64,000 nucleotides of DNA from TPA_inf: Saccharomyces (GCA_000146045.2 BK006938.2:1120001-1184000), one strand, 5' to 3'; shown: positions 13,260-25,091, counted from the first letter of the stretch. Numbers and translations: made by a program. The notes: a model not told the origin generated them from the sequence alone.

Positions 13260-15431
13260 TTAACCCTCATTTTCATTTGACTCTTCATTTTCATGAATGT
13301 ACTGTTGCAAAGATATTTGTCTAATTTGATTCAACAGGTCCTCATCTTGCATTCTTTCTGCCTGAAGGACAGCTAAATCCTTTTCATTAATAAAGGTTTT
13401 GATGTTTTCAACCACTTCGATTGATTCTTTTGACGTAGGCATTGGTGGTAATACGTCAAACTCATATACTTCATTATCAGACCAGATAAATGATGGAATT
13501 GCAGCCATTACAGAAGACTCCTCAGATAGTATGGCGAATCTTAATAAGTTAATTGGGATTCCCGCAATAAAGAAAGGTGATTGCAAGTTGTTAATGTTAT
13601 TGTGATCTTGCCCATCATTTGAATCGATTGTAACGTTTCCTCTATGGTAATCCTGTAAAATACTCGACATTTCATCATGCAAAAATGTTACCTCTTCGTT
13701 TCTATTCCAAAGTAACGGGAAGCGGGCCATATATGCCTTTAATTCCAAGTTTTCTGCCGAATGGCCATCAATGGATAAATCTTTAGTTAGCGCATGATCG
13801 CCCAAGAGTTTCTCCTTGAAAAGTTCTGACAGTTGTAAAGGATGATGCTTAAAGGCTTTTAGAAGCGCATTGCGGGCGGAACTCATCTCATTTATTCTTA
13901 GGAAGCTTAGTACTACCGCCAAGGAAAATCCTAAAGTATTCCACTGTTTATAACAGTTCATTAATGGAGAGTTGGATAATTCTATAATGTACTGATAGTC
14001 ATTATTCAATAGAAAATAGTGATCGAGGAAATACCTGCATCCTAAAGGATCTTCCAATGGGCTCAGTGACCAGAGAACTTTTGTCCATTCACTAGCAGTT
14101 CCTATAACACCTCTTTGAGCAAGAGATTGGATGTATCTAAATATTGCCAAGTAAAACTGTCTGTTGAAGAAGTATATATAAGGTAGTTGACAATTCAAGG
14201 AATCGAAAATAATATTTGCTTTCAAAGCTCTATCAAAGACAAAGAGTGCTCTTTGTAACAATCCATTAGTGTTTGATCTATCACCTTGCCTAATAAATAT
14301 CAAAGCAACTTGTAGCAGTCCAGGCACATGATACGGAAATTTAGAAGAAATCAAATTTATAAGGGCTTCATGATCAGGGTGAACAATAACACTTAAGTAG
14401 AAGTCCATCATTGATTTCTTGCTCAGGTCGGAATTTAAAGGTTCGAACTTATAAAAAGAAATGAATTTTTGCCACTGACTGACATCGTTTTGGATAACAT
14501 CCTTCCAATCTAACGGCCTTTCCCATAATTGCCAATCTAAAAGATCATCAGAACTTAAAAGTTTCATAGAGAGCTCACCTCTTTGAGTTGGGATCCAATC
14601 ATCTCTGATCTTGGTAAACTTCAAATGTTGCGGGTGCATTCCGGGGCCATTAGGTGCCAATCTATGATCTTTTCCGCCCCAGTTTCTAATTAATCTTTTC
14701 AGTCTCTGAATCTGTTTCAGCTGCTGAGGGGAGACAGGTGTGGATGTCATCGAATCAATATCTTCAAGAGACTCTGGAGATATATCGTCAAATAAAAGTT
14801 TGAATTCCGTATGGGGGTCCAATTTCTTGAAATCATTTTGAAAAAATTTGCAAGAATGCCTCAAACATGAAATGGGGAACTTTGTGAAGCCCGGATCACT
14901 TTCTAAGCTTAAAAATGACTTCCAAGGTTGGCTAGATGCTTCCTCTGGTTCAGATGCCGTGAAGAAACCTTCCTCATTAGTGTCATCATTTTTAGTCTTA
15001 CCGTACTTCAATATATCAGTTTTTTTGAACTGTTGGATAATCTTGTCGAATTCTTCATCATCATCATCATCATCGGAACCCTTGTCTTTTGCAGCCTCGG
15101 CGGTATGGTTTTTTTGCTTCCTTTTTGCCTTTTTATTCTTTTTCCTTCTAGAAGACTTGGATGCTAGTGTAATTCTTTTAGGTTGACCATTACTTTGAGT
15201 ATCACGCTCCCCAGCAGCAGCAGCTTCTTCATCCTGCTCAGACATTTGTCCTTCATCAGTGCTATTATCTGAATCACGTACGTTATTCATCATAGAGAAG
15301 ATGTTCTCCCGTTTCTGAATATTACCGGCAGTACTTTTACCACTCGTCATTTTATTCGCATTTGAATTCGATAGCAGCGACTCTAGCAGAGCATTATCAT
15401 CTTGTAATCTCCTTAATGCTCTAGAGCTCAT
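13260..15431 (-). CDS. RQC1: Rqc1, a component of the ribosome quality control complex (Tcf25 family). Length 723 aa.
   Basis: The track ORF starts at TTG 15467. The first ATG is at 15431 (MSSRALRRLQDD...), giving 723 aa. Basic and acidic low-complexity N-terminus, then a TCF25-like body. Confidence 0.8.
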   Translation of the reverse strand: MSSRALRRLQDDNALLESLLSNSNANKMTSGKSTAGNIQKRENIFSMMNNVRDSDNSTDEGQMSEQDEEAAAAGERDTQSNGQPKRITLASKSSRRKKNKKAKRKQKNHTAEAAKDKGSDDDDDDEEFDKIIQQFKKTDILKYGKTKNDDTNEEGFFTASEPEEASSQPWKSFLSLESDPGFTKFPISCLRHSCKFFQNDFKKLDPHTEFKLLFDDISPESLEDIDSMTSTPVSPQQLKQIQRLKRLIRNWGGKDHRLAPNGPGMHPQHLKFTKIRDDWIPTQRGELSMKLLSSDDLLDWQLWERPLDWKDVIQNDVSQWQKFISFYKFEPLNSDLSKKSMMDFYLSVIVHPDHEALINLISSKFPYHVPGLLQVALIFIRQGDRSNTNGLLQRALFVFDRALKANIIFDSLNCQLPYIYFFNRQFYLAIFRYIQSLAQRGVIGTASEWTKVLWSLSPLEDPLGCRYFLDHYFLLNNDYQYIIELSNSPLMNCYKQWNTLGFSLAVVLSFLRINEMSSARNALLKAFKHHPLQLSELFKEKLLGDHALTKDLSIDGHSAENLELKAYMARFPLLWNRNEEVTFLHDEMSSILQDYHRGNVTIDSNDGQDHNNINNLQSPFFIAGIPINLLRFAILSEESSVMAAIPSFIWSDNEVYEFDVLPPMPTSKESIEVVENIKTFINEKDLAVLQAERMQDEDLLNQIRQISLQQYIHENEESNENEG

Positions 15432-15619
15432 GTTCGAGTACTTTACAAATATATTTAGATGATTCAACGACCTGTATGTTAACCTTCAACTGGTGGACTG
15501 TATGTACTACCTATGGACATTTTTCACTATACGTTGATGCAGTAGTGAACATATTGCTCGCATAATGTTACCCGTTTATACCTCTATACGATTATTAAGG
15601 GAGGGTAATACTTTCTCAA

Positions 15620-15701
15620 TTTTTTTTTTTTCAGTTTTTAATATTATTTCCTTAAGATTTTTCGGTGGCGTTTCGCGACAACTTACGAGAAAAAAAAAAA
15701 A
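15620..15701. promoter_or_regulatory. Paired T12 (15620-15631) and A12 (15690-15701) tracts in the divergent RQC1-SWR1 promoter.
   Basis: Homopolymer runs 60 bp apart in a 500-bp divergent intergenic region. Confidence 0.45.
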
Positions 15702-15931
15702 GAGGAGACTTGAAGAAAGAGTGCAAAGGGATAGCGGGATTCTAAAGTGTTTACGTGCAAAAAGGATAGATTTTGAGCTTTAAACTAGATAAGACCCAAA
15801 GCATTCGATTACTGCATTTGAGAGGTATTCAACAATACCATTTTAACTCTTAGAAAATATTTCCTTAAGCTGAAAATTTATGAATTCTAACTGCTCTTTG
15901 CATTTTCCAAGTTATTGCATTACAAGAATAT

Positions 15932-18900
15932 ATGACCACATCTCGTAAATCGCATGCGAAAGACAAAAAGGCTGGTGGTGAACAGGATCTGGCGGATTTG
16001 AAGTTTAGGTATGATCTTCTGACGAATGAACTGTTCCATTTAAGAGAGTTTGTTTCATTGGTAGATTATGATCCAACCCATTTTAATGATTCTGAAAGTT
16101 TTCAGAAGTTTCTCAGGGAAACACACTTGTCGTTAGAGGAGAGAGGAGAAAAATTCACTGATGACGTAGCCAAGAAAGGCACGAATGGTGATCTTACTCG
16201 CAGAAGGCGAAACCTCAGGACATCGACAGTTGTTAGTTCAGAAACGACTAATGAGAAAAAGGGTGATATAGAACTGAAGTTAGAAAGCATAGCACCATTA
16301 GTACGAAATAAATGTGAGGAGCTAAAATACAAACTAAGTGATCATTCAAATAGGAAATCTATAGTACCGCAAAAAAGACCAATACAACATTTGAAGAAGA
16401 GAGAAGCAGCGAAGTCCTTGAAGTTCAAAAGTGAAAGAAAGGAAAATCCACTGCCATTGCATGAACATATAGCTGAAGAGAGATATGATCACATCGCAAA
16501 AGTTGAAGAACCCTCTGAAGCCTTCACTATAAAGTGTCCTTCTGATGATAGCTCCTTTGAAAATACTAGTGAACATTATAGTGATAATTTTTATTTCACC
16601 ACATCATCCGAAGAGGAAGATATAAAGAAAAAAAGAGGTAGAAAGAAAAAGAAGCCTAGAATAAAACTGGTAGTCCATCCTCCAAAGCAAACCATAACGA
16701 ACCCGTTGCATGTAGTCAAGCCGGGATACGAAAGCTTGCACGAATACATCGCTTCCTTTAAGTCATTAGAAGACGATTTAACGCTGGAAGAATATAATAA
16801 ATACATCGACGAACAAAGACGGCTTTTATCGAGACTCAAAAAAGGTATTGAAAATGGCGCATTGAAGTATGACAAAGAAACGGACTCACTACAACCTATA
16901 ACATCCAAGGAAATCAAGACTATCATAACATATAAACCAGACCCGATTTCATATTTCTATAAACAACAAGATCTGCAAATCCATACCGATCACTTAATTA
17001 ACCAAGGTATTCATATGAGTAAGCTGTTTAGAAGTTCAACAAAGGCAAGAATAGCAAGAGCCAAAAAGGTTTCTCAAATGATAGAACAACATTTTAAACA
17101 CGTAGCCGGAGCAGAAGAAAGAAAGGCAAAGGAGGAGGAGAGGCACAAAAAGTCGCTAGCCAGGTTCGCAGTTCAAGCTGTTAAAAAAAGATGGAATATG
17201 GCTGAGAAGGCTTATAGGATTTTGAGAAAAGATGAAGAAGAACAGTTAAAAAGGATTGAAGGTAAGCAACACCTTTCTAAAATGTTGGAGAAAAGTACAC
17301 AATTGTTGGAAGCTCAGCTAAACCAAGTAAATGACGATGGGAGAAGCAGTACCCCGTCTTCTGACTCAAACGATGTATTGAGTGAAAGTGACGATGATAT
17401 GGATGACGAATTATCAACATCTTCCGATGAAGACGAAGAGGTCGATGCTGATGTGGGGCTAGAAAATAGTCCAGCATCGACGGAAGCTACTCCAACAGAC
17501 GAATCATTAAATCTGATACAATTGAAAGAAAAATACGGGCATTTTAATGGTTCATCGACAGTATATGACTCAAGAAATAAAGATGAGAAGTTTCCGACAT
17601 TGGATAAACATGAAAGTTCAAGTAGTGAAAGTTCTGTAATGACTGGAGAGGAGTCCTCCATATATTCATCCTCTGAAAATGAAAGTCAAAACGAAAATGA
17701 TCGAGAATCGGACGACAAGACTCCATCTGTGGGTTTAAGTGCATTATTTGGTAAAGGTGAGGAATCGGATGGGGATTTAGACCTTGACGATAGTGAAGAT
17801 TTTACGGTTAATAGCTCATCTGTAGAAGGTGAAGAACTTGAAAAAGACCAAGTTGACAATTCAGCTGCTACATTTGAAAGAGCAGGTGATTTTGTTCACA
17901 CTCAAAATGAAAATAGGGACGATATAAAAGATGTCGAGGAAGATGCTGAAACAAAAGTACAAGAAGAACAGTTATCAGTGGTGGATGTACCTGTGCCATC
18001 TTTATTAAGAGGAAACTTAAGAACGTACCAGAAACAAGGTTTGAATTGGTTAGCCTCTCTTTATAACAATCACACAAATGGTATCCTGGCAGACGAGATG
18101 GGGTTAGGTAAAACTATTCAGACAATTTCTCTGCTAGCATATTTAGCTTGTGAAAAGGAAAACTGGGGGCCACATCTTATTGTTGTTCCTACATCAGTTC
18201 TGTTGAACTGGGAGATGGAATTCAAAAGGTTCGCGCCTGGGTTTAAGGTTTTAACATATTATGGTTCTCCCCAGCAACGTAAAGAAAAAAGGAAAGGTTG
18301 GAATAAGCCTGATGCTTTCCATGTTTGTATTGTTTCTTACCAACTTGTAGTTCAAGATCAACATTCCTTTAAGAGAAAGAGATGGCAATATATGGTGCTG
18401 GATGAAGCACACAATATCAAAAACTTCAGATCTACAAGATGGCAGGCTCTATTGAATTTCAACACACAAAGAAGGCTTCTGTTGACTGGTACACCTTTAC
18501 AGAATAACCTTGCTGAGCTGTGGTCATTATTATATTTCTTAATGCCCCAGACTGTTATTGACGGGAAAAAGGTTTCTGGATTTGCTGATCTTGATGCATT
18601 TCAACAATGGTTTGGACGCCCTGTCGATAAAATTATTGAAACGGGTCAGAATTTTGGACAGGACAAGGAAACGAAGAAGACAGTTGCCAAGTTGCATCAA
18701 GTTTTACGTCCATACCTCTTAAGAAGGTTAAAGGCCGATGTTGAGAAACAAATGCCAGCGAAGTATGAGCATATTGTTTATTGTAAGCTATCTAAAAGAC
18801 AAAGGTTCTTATATGATGATTTTATGTCTAGAGCTCAAACGAAAGCAACACTAGCCAGTGGAAATTTTATGTCAATTGTCAACTGTTTGATGCAATTGAG

Positions 18901-20476
18901 AAAGGTGTGTAACCATCCCAATTTATTTGAAGTGAGGCCAATATTAACATCATTTGTCCTTGAACATTGTGTAGCTTCCGACTACAAGGATGTAGAAAGG
19001 ACTCTGCTTAAATTGTTCAAAAAAAACAATCAAGTTAACCGGGTTGACTTGGATTTCTTGAACTTGGTGTTTACGCTTAATGACAAAGATTTAACTTCTT
19101 ATCATGCCGAGGAAATCTCAAAACTGACGTGTGTAAAAAACTTCGTTGAAGAAGTCAATAAATTGAGGGAAACCAATAAACAGCTTCAGGAGGAGTTTGG
19201 AGAGGCGTCTTTTTTAAATTTTCAAGATGCAAATCAATATTTCAAGTATTCTAATAAGCAGAAACTTGAAGGGACAGTTGACATGCTAAACTTTCTAAAG
19301 ATGGTAAATAAACTTAGATGCGACAGAAGACCCATATTCGGAAAGAACCTTATTGACCTATTAACGAAAGATAGAAGGGTTAAATATGATAAATCAAGCA
19401 TTATTGATAATGAACTAATAAAACCCTTGCAAACCAGGGTATTGGATAATAGAAAGATCATAGATACCTTTGCAGTGTTAACCCCAAGTGCCGTCTCACT
19501 AGATATGAGAAAGTTGGCATTGGGATTAAATGATGACAGTTCGGTAGGCGAAAACACAAGGCTAAAGGTAATGCAGAACTGTTTTGAAGTATCCAACCCA
19601 TTACACCAACTGCAAACCAAATTAACAATCGCATTCCCGGACAAATCGCTGCTTCAATACGATTGTGGTAAATTGCAGAAGTTAGCAATTTTATTACAGC
19701 AGCTGAAGGACAATGGACATAGGGCACTTATCTTCACACAAATGACAAAAGTTTTGGACGTTCTGGAACAGTTTTTAAACTATCATGGTTATTTGTATAT
19801 GAGACTAGATGGTGCCACAAAGATCGAAGACCGTCAAATCCTAACAGAGAGATTCAACACTGACTCAAGAATAACGGTATTTATCCTATCAAGTAGATCA
19901 GGAGGGCTAGGTATCAATCTGACTGGGGCAGATACAGTTATTTTTTACGATTCAGATTGGAATCCAGCCATGGACAAACAGTGTCAAGATAGATGTCACA
20001 GAATTGGACAGACTCGAGATGTGCATATTTACAGATTTGTCAGCGAACATACCATAGAAAGCAATATCTTAAAAAAAGCCAACCAAAAAAGACAATTGGA
20101 TAATGTTGTTATTCAAGAGGGTGACTTCACAACAGATTATTTCAGCAAACTTTCGGTGAGAGATTTATTGGGATCCGAATTGCCCGAAAATGCTTCAGGT
20201 GGAGATAAACCACTAATAGCAGATGCAGATGTGGCAGCCAAAGATCCCAGACAACTGGAAAGACTTCTTGCGCAAGCGGAAGATGAGGATGATGTTAAAG
20301 CTGCAAACTTAGCCATGAGAGAAGTCGAAATTGACAATGACGATTTCGACGAAAGCACAGAAAAAAAAGCAGCTAATGAAGAGGAAGAAAATCATGCTGA
20401 ACTTGATGAGTATGAGGGCACTGCCCATGTTGACGAGTACATGATCAGGTTTATTGCCAACGGTTATTATTATTGA
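15932..20476 (+). CDS. SWR1: Swr1, a Snf2-family ATPase that exchanges H2A.Z. Length 1514 aa.
   Basis: 1514 aa. HSA region, then SNF2_N motifs (GILADEMGLGKTIQTISLLAYL, DEAH at MVLDEAHNIKN) and helicase C (LIFTQMTKVLDVLEQFL...LSSRSGGLGINLTGADTVIFYDSDWNP). A long insert splits the ATPase lobes, as in Swr1/Ino80. Confidence 0.95.
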   Translation: MTTSRKSHAKDKKAGGEQDLADLKFRYDLLTNELFHLREFVSLVDYDPTHFNDSESFQKFLRETHLSLEERGEKFTDDVAKKGTNGDLTRRRRNLRTSTVVSSETTNEKKGDIELKLESIAPLVRNKCEELKYKLSDHSNRKSIVPQKRPIQHLKKREAAKSLKFKSERKENPLPLHEHIAEERYDHIAKVEEPSEAFTIKCPSDDSSFENTSEHYSDNFYFTTSSEEEDIKKKRGRKKKKPRIKLVVHPPKQTITNPLHVVKPGYESLHEYIASFKSLEDDLTLEEYNKYIDEQRRLLSRLKKGIENGALKYDKETDSLQPITSKEIKTIITYKPDPISYFYKQQDLQIHTDHLINQGIHMSKLFRSSTKARIARAKKVSQMIEQHFKHVAGAEERKAKEEERHKKSLARFAVQAVKKRWNMAEKAYRILRKDEEEQLKRIEGKQHLSKMLEKSTQLLEAQLNQVNDDGRSSTPSSDSNDVLSESDDDMDDELSTSSDEDEEVDADVGLENSPASTEATPTDESLNLIQLKEKYGHFNGSSTVYDSRNKDEKFPTLDKHESSSSESSVMTGEESSIYSSSENESQNENDRESDDKTPSVGLSALFGKGEESDGDLDLDDSEDFTVNSSSVEGEELEKDQVDNSAATFERAGDFVHTQNENRDDIKDVEEDAETKVQEEQLSVVDVPVPSLLRGNLRTYQKQGLNWLASLYNNHTNGILADEMGLGKTIQTISLLAYLACEKENWGPHLIVVPTSVLLNWEMEFKRFAPGFKVLTYYGSPQQRKEKRKGWNKPDAFHVCIVSYQLVVQDQHSFKRKRWQYMVLDEAHNIKNFRSTRWQALLNFNTQRRLLLTGTPLQNNLAELWSLLYFLMPQTVIDGKKVSGFADLDAFQQWFGRPVDKIIETGQNFGQDKETKKTVAKLHQVLRPYLLRRLKADVEKQMPAKYEHIVYCKLSKRQRFLYDDFMSRAQTKATLASGNFMSIVNCLMQLRKVCNHPNLFEVRPILTSFVLEHCVASDYKDVERTLLKLFKKNNQVNRVDLDFLNLVFTLNDKDLTSYHAEEISKLTCVKNFVEEVNKLRETNKQLQEEFGEASFLNFQDANQYFKYSNKQKLEGTVDMLNFLKMVNKLRCDRRPIFGKNLIDLLTKDRRVKYDKSSIIDNELIKPLQTRVLDNRKIIDTFAVLTPSAVSLDMRKLALGLNDDSSVGENTRLKVMQNCFEVSNPLHQLQTKLTIAFPDKSLLQYDCGKLQKLAILLQQLKDNGHRALIFTQMTKVLDVLEQFLNYHGYLYMRLDGATKIEDRQILTERFNTDSRITVFILSSRSGGLGINLTGADTVIFYDSDWNPAMDKQCQDRCHRIGQTRDVHIYRFVSEHTIESNILKKANQKRQLDNVVIQEGDFTTDYFSKLSVRDLLGSELPENASGGDKPLIADADVAAKDPRQLERLLAQAEDEDDVKAANLAMREVEIDNDDFDESTEKKAANEEEENHAELDEYEGTAHVDEYMIRFIANGYYY

Positions 20477-21167
20477 AGGACCAGGTTCTACTCTTCACCG
20501 CTGCCTTAGTTGTCCAAATCGGACTATATACCTATTGTGAATATTTTAATGATATATAGCCATAATGAATCAACAAATTGTATTATTATTTCCGACAACA
20601 CTATCGCCTCTTGGTTTTTATGGTAATGTACTCACCATGGCATTGTTCCTTGGTCACCAATTTCTATTTACCGGGTGATGGCGGCGCGCCACAGCGGAGG
20701 GGCATTGCCACATTGCTGCGCGATCAAGGTTGGTTTTTCCAAAGAGACTTCAAGAGTACTAAGCTTTTGATGTAGTAATATTTGTCAAAGAGTTTTAAGA
20801 GCAAGATTCCATTGAACAGAGGTGCTGGAGTGACGAGCGTGTGTGTTTTTAGCCTATCTTTATTCGTTGAGCCTGTAGAAGAGCCGTTCTTTTAAGTACA
20901 CCCTGATTAGATCCCCCTATTTGTTGCAACCGTTCAAGTTTTGTAGATCGGAAGAAGAGCAAAACAGAAAAATAAACAAGGCGAGAACGTAAGGTGTCAT
21001 TGCATTAGCCATTAAAAACCATATTCACTCTTTACATTCGTGTAGCAATTGTTACTGTGATAAACTATTGAAATTATTTATAGTATATTTTGTTTTCTTC
21101 CTTTTAATCACTTTTTGAATTTTTAGAATCTGAAATTTTTTTTCTAACGTTGATTGGAAGAAAAGTA

Positions 21168-24100
21168 ATGGATTCCACAGGCGCTTCTCAGATTGTTAGC
21201 GCACTAGATGTTATTTACTCCCCCAAGTCTAACAATTCTCAACGGCAAGAAGCTCAGAAATTTTTAGATGAAGTGAAATTATGCTCAGAATCGCCCTTTT
21301 GGGGCTACGAAATTGCATTGCAAAACCCCACTAATTCTATATTGAAATACTTTGGACTAGGATTACTAGACCATGCAGTGAAGAAAAACTGGAATGATTA
21401 TGACGAGGGGAAAAGAGTGGCCCTGAGAAAATGGGTCATGGAACTTAATTTTGGGGTGCAAGATTATGATACCAGATATATTAAGGAAAAATTAGCCACT
21501 TTATGGGTAGAGGTGGCAAAAAGAACATGGGGTGAGGCTCTTAAGCAGACAAACCCTACGGAAGAACAGTTACTCACATCTTGGGTGGACATGGACAATA
21601 ACCTTTTCGAACTTTGGAACATAAATCAATCGTCAAGAGAACTAGCATTAATAATTTTCAGAATCCTTTTTGAAGATGTTTTCTTGTTGGACGACCTAAT
21701 TGTTTTGAAAAGGATGACGGTTATTCAACCCTTATGTGTAATGATTGTTTGCCCTATTGAAGTTTTCGCAATAAAATACAAATTCAGTGATAAATGGACC
21801 AAATTTAAAGCTAATGAAGAGGGCTGGTTTTCTGTTTGGATTCCAGAGTTGAATAATGCATTACAACAGAATAATTCTGAATACATCATAAGGCTTTTAG
21901 AAACTCTGAAGACGTGTTTAAACTGGCCATTAACAGAGGTCATTGTAAGAAATGACGTGTTATCCTCCTTATTGACTTGTTTATCCAGCAATATCCCAAG
22001 GGCGCAGTCAATGGCATTAGACTCGATACATATTCTGTTGACCCGTCCCTATAGTAATGAAAGCCATTACCAAATGACCATAGATCGAGTTTTTGATAAT
22101 ATGGACTTATTAGATAGCGTTTATGAAAGCTTGTTGTTTGATCCTACAGATGATATAGATGAAACGAAATATCCTATAATTAAAAAGTTCGTGGATATGA
22201 TCAGTTGTCTCTATGTTTGTGTCCCAAAGATTAAGGAGACAAATGGCCAAATTCAAAAATATTTTAAGCTTGTATTAAAGACAACTTATAACCCAAGCTT
22301 AATCGTTAGCGGATTAACATTAGACCTATGGTGTACCTGTCTTCGAAACGATGAATACTTACCCAAGCTGGAGAAATATGTCATTCCTGATCTACTACAG
22401 TTTGCCGCGGATGCTTTAGTCTATTATGAACAGATTGATGGTCATATTTCCAAAAAATTTGCGGAGATTGATTTTCAATCCAAGTCCGAATTTCAAACAT
22501 TTTGTTCCACTTATAGGAAAAGAATAAGAGACATCATTAGGTTGATTTCTTGCGTCGAATTAGACCTTACTTATGATTGGTTGAACAACAGATTAAACAA
22601 TTATTTCAGCTCTCCATTTGGTCAGCAGGTCTTAAGTTCCACATTTTTGGACCATAAATTAGAGCCTTATTTAGGTGCCCTCTCCCAATACATGATTGTT
22701 GAATGTTTCATCAATGGTTGTATAAGATGGAAGATCTGGTATCCAACAGGAGATGATTATGACGAAAAACTAGATTCCATATTACAAAAACTGGAAATTT
22801 TGTCAAACCAGTTAATTGCATTAAATTTAAGAGAACCATTGTTATTGAAGAAACAAATCCAAAATTTTGCACTTTTTTTGACAATGTTAAAAGATAATGT
22901 GCTTTTCACACTTTTAGAAAAAATCATAACAAGCGCCACGATGGACTATCCAGAAATTAATTTGGAAGAGAGAGGCGCTGAATCAGACGCAGTTAGAGAT
23001 TTGAGATATGCTTGTGGTATCGAGTTGAATAGGATGGCTTTATTAATGCCCGAATCTCTGAAAAAAATATACCCAGACCTTGAAAGTGTCATTGCCAGAA
23101 TCATGCCCAACTTATCTTACCATGAAAAAATTTCCTTCAAATCCTTCTTATTGATCATTGTATTGAAGTCTTCATTAGATATGAAAGAGGAAAGATTTGC
23201 GGCTATTGTGGATCCAGAACTTTTAGCCTGGTCTGATAAAACAACAGTTGTTGGTCTTTCTGATTTGCATTGGTTTATGGAACGCTTAGGTATTGTTCAG
23301 ATCGCAGAATATTTCCAGAGGCGTGATATCGACGAAAATAGTGACCTTTTATCAATTCCAATTGATGATGAGGGTAAAGAGCTGAAGTCGGAATTGACCA
23401 AACGTTGGCAAAGCTTGTTTCCTGTTCGTGCAACAAGAATGTTCATTCATTATTCAATGCAAAGTATAAAGACAGATGAAGAATTCAAAATGCTACAAGA
23501 TCTGTGGAGACCTAGGATTGTCCCAATATTACCTTACATCACGAGACTACTGTACCAATTGCAATCCTACCACGATCCAGATAATTGGAAAGGATTACCT
23601 ACGGTTGTGCAATCCTTCGTCAAGTATTCCACTATTGAAAGATTTTGGGAGGCCGGAGCTTCAAATAAATCAAAGGATGAGTTTATTGATGAACATATGA
23701 AAGCGATGCAAACCTTACGAGACTTCGCCGACTCCGTAGGACACATCATTAGGTATACAAGGGAATACACTCTACTTGTTTTAAGTGCCATATCATCACT
23801 TGGTAGTGTTTTTTACCTTTTGGACGAATCGCCCGACCTACTACTGAACTCTATTGCCATATTTAAGCCAGGTAGCAATGAGATAAGCCCTGGAGTTTCA
23901 ACACATGGATGGAAACACATAATGAATATAGCCATTCGTCCTATATTAAAAGGTTGTCCAAAAGATTGTCTGGGGAAATTCATGCCCGCATTTTTGCCTA
24001 AATTATTTGAAATCCTGGACCTGCTGCTATGTCAGAAATGGTCCTCGCATATGAATGATATGGACATGAACCCAGTTCCAACTGACGATGATCAAATGAC

Positions 24101-24842
24101 TGAAGAAATTTTGGAAGAGAATTTGTTGAGACAACTAACCACAGTTGTTGTTAGAATAGTAATTGATTGTGTTGGTCAAGGCAATGCCAATCCAAACAGT
24201 GCTAAAAGCAGGCTAAATAACCATCAAATGGAGATGAGAAAAATTATATTTAATGATTTAAACACCCTTGCTCCATTTTTGAAACTTTTGAACCATTTAA
24301 TTTCCTTCAAGGATACAAAATGTTCATTTAACTCCATCCTAGTAATGAAATGCTGCTTAACCTCAGTCCTTAATCAAAACAACACGGTGGATGAATATTT
24401 CACATTTGAAGTGATGAAAAATCTGTTGCTAAATGTGCTGTGTAATAGTGCGTTTAAGGATTCTTTCCATGAGGCACTATATGCTTTCACTGTGATTTTT
24501 TTGACTCTGTGCAAAGAATATCCCTCTGCTAGAGCGTTCCTTTTTGAGATATCTAATGGTTATAATATTGATGAGTTATACAGAAATTTAAGGAGCGTGG
24601 ACGAATACAAAACACAAAGGGCACTCATGATTGATTTTATAGATTGGGTTAAATCCACCAGTGGGAAAGAAGATGGTAATGTGGACCATGCAGGCGATGA
24701 GAGAAAAAGACAAGAGAAAAGGGAAGCTATCCTCAAGAAGGCAAATGAGAGATTAATTAAGAAGAATAAAGAAAACGGAGACATGCTGGATGATCCGAAC
24801 ATTGAAGACGGTGCTGTGGGTAATCTCTTTGATGACAACTGA
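21168..24842 (+). CDS. MSN5: Msn5, a karyopherin (exportin-5 family). Length 1224 aa.
   Basis: The track ORF starts at TTG 21150. The first ATG is at 21168 (MDSTGASQIVSALDV...), giving 1224 aa. The sequence is HEAT/ARM-repeat-like throughout. Length matches YDR335W. Confidence 0.85.
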   Translation: MDSTGASQIVSALDVIYSPKSNNSQRQEAQKFLDEVKLCSESPFWGYEIALQNPTNSILKYFGLGLLDHAVKKNWNDYDEGKRVALRKWVMELNFGVQDYDTRYIKEKLATLWVEVAKRTWGEALKQTNPTEEQLLTSWVDMDNNLFELWNINQSSRELALIIFRILFEDVFLLDDLIVLKRMTVIQPLCVMIVCPIEVFAIKYKFSDKWTKFKANEEGWFSVWIPELNNALQQNNSEYIIRLLETLKTCLNWPLTEVIVRNDVLSSLLTCLSSNIPRAQSMALDSIHILLTRPYSNESHYQMTIDRVFDNMDLLDSVYESLLFDPTDDIDETKYPIIKKFVDMISCLYVCVPKIKETNGQIQKYFKLVLKTTYNPSLIVSGLTLDLWCTCLRNDEYLPKLEKYVIPDLLQFAADALVYYEQIDGHISKKFAEIDFQSKSEFQTFCSTYRKRIRDIIRLISCVELDLTYDWLNNRLNNYFSSPFGQQVLSSTFLDHKLEPYLGALSQYMIVECFINGCIRWKIWYPTGDDYDEKLDSILQKLEILSNQLIALNLREPLLLKKQIQNFALFLTMLKDNVLFTLLEKIITSATMDYPEINLEERGAESDAVRDLRYACGIELNRMALLMPESLKKIYPDLESVIARIMPNLSYHEKISFKSFLLIIVLKSSLDMKEERFAAIVDPELLAWSDKTTVVGLSDLHWFMERLGIVQIAEYFQRRDIDENSDLLSIPIDDEGKELKSELTKRWQSLFPVRATRMFIHYSMQSIKTDEEFKMLQDLWRPRIVPILPYITRLLYQLQSYHDPDNWKGLPTVVQSFVKYSTIERFWEAGASNKSKDEFIDEHMKAMQTLRDFADSVGHIIRYTREYTLLVLSAISSLGSVFYLLDESPDLLLNSIAIFKPGSNEISPGVSTHGWKHIMNIAIRPILKGCPKDCLGKFMPAFLPKLFEILDLLLCQKWSSHMNDMDMNPVPTDDDQMTEEILEENLLRQLTTVVVRIVIDCVGQGNANPNSAKSRLNNHQMEMRKIIFNDLNTLAPFLKLLNHLISFKDTKCSFNSILVMKCCLTSVLNQNNTVDEYFTFEVMKNLLLNVLCNSAFKDSFHEALYAFTVIFLTLCKEYPSARAFLFEISNGYNIDELYRNLRSVDEYKTQRALMIDFIDWVKSTSGKEDGNVDHAGDERKRQEKREAILKKANERLIKKNKENGDMLDDPNIEDGAVGNLFDDN

Positions 24843-25091
24843 TAATAAGGTGCCATATATACGTAGATGTGTAGATGAAATTAGAGAAAGCAAATAGACA
24901 TCTGAATCGTGCTAAAAATTGTAATTATTGTGAAAAAAAAAATTCTGTATTCGCAATTTTTTTAATGAAAGTCGGCAGCCGGTAAATATGCATATAATCA
25001 AGCGTTTTAATGTGGGTCTGAACAAGGTATTTCTGAAGATTTTTTCTTCACATATTCCCTAATATTTTAGCGAAATAGGAAACCATTGGCA

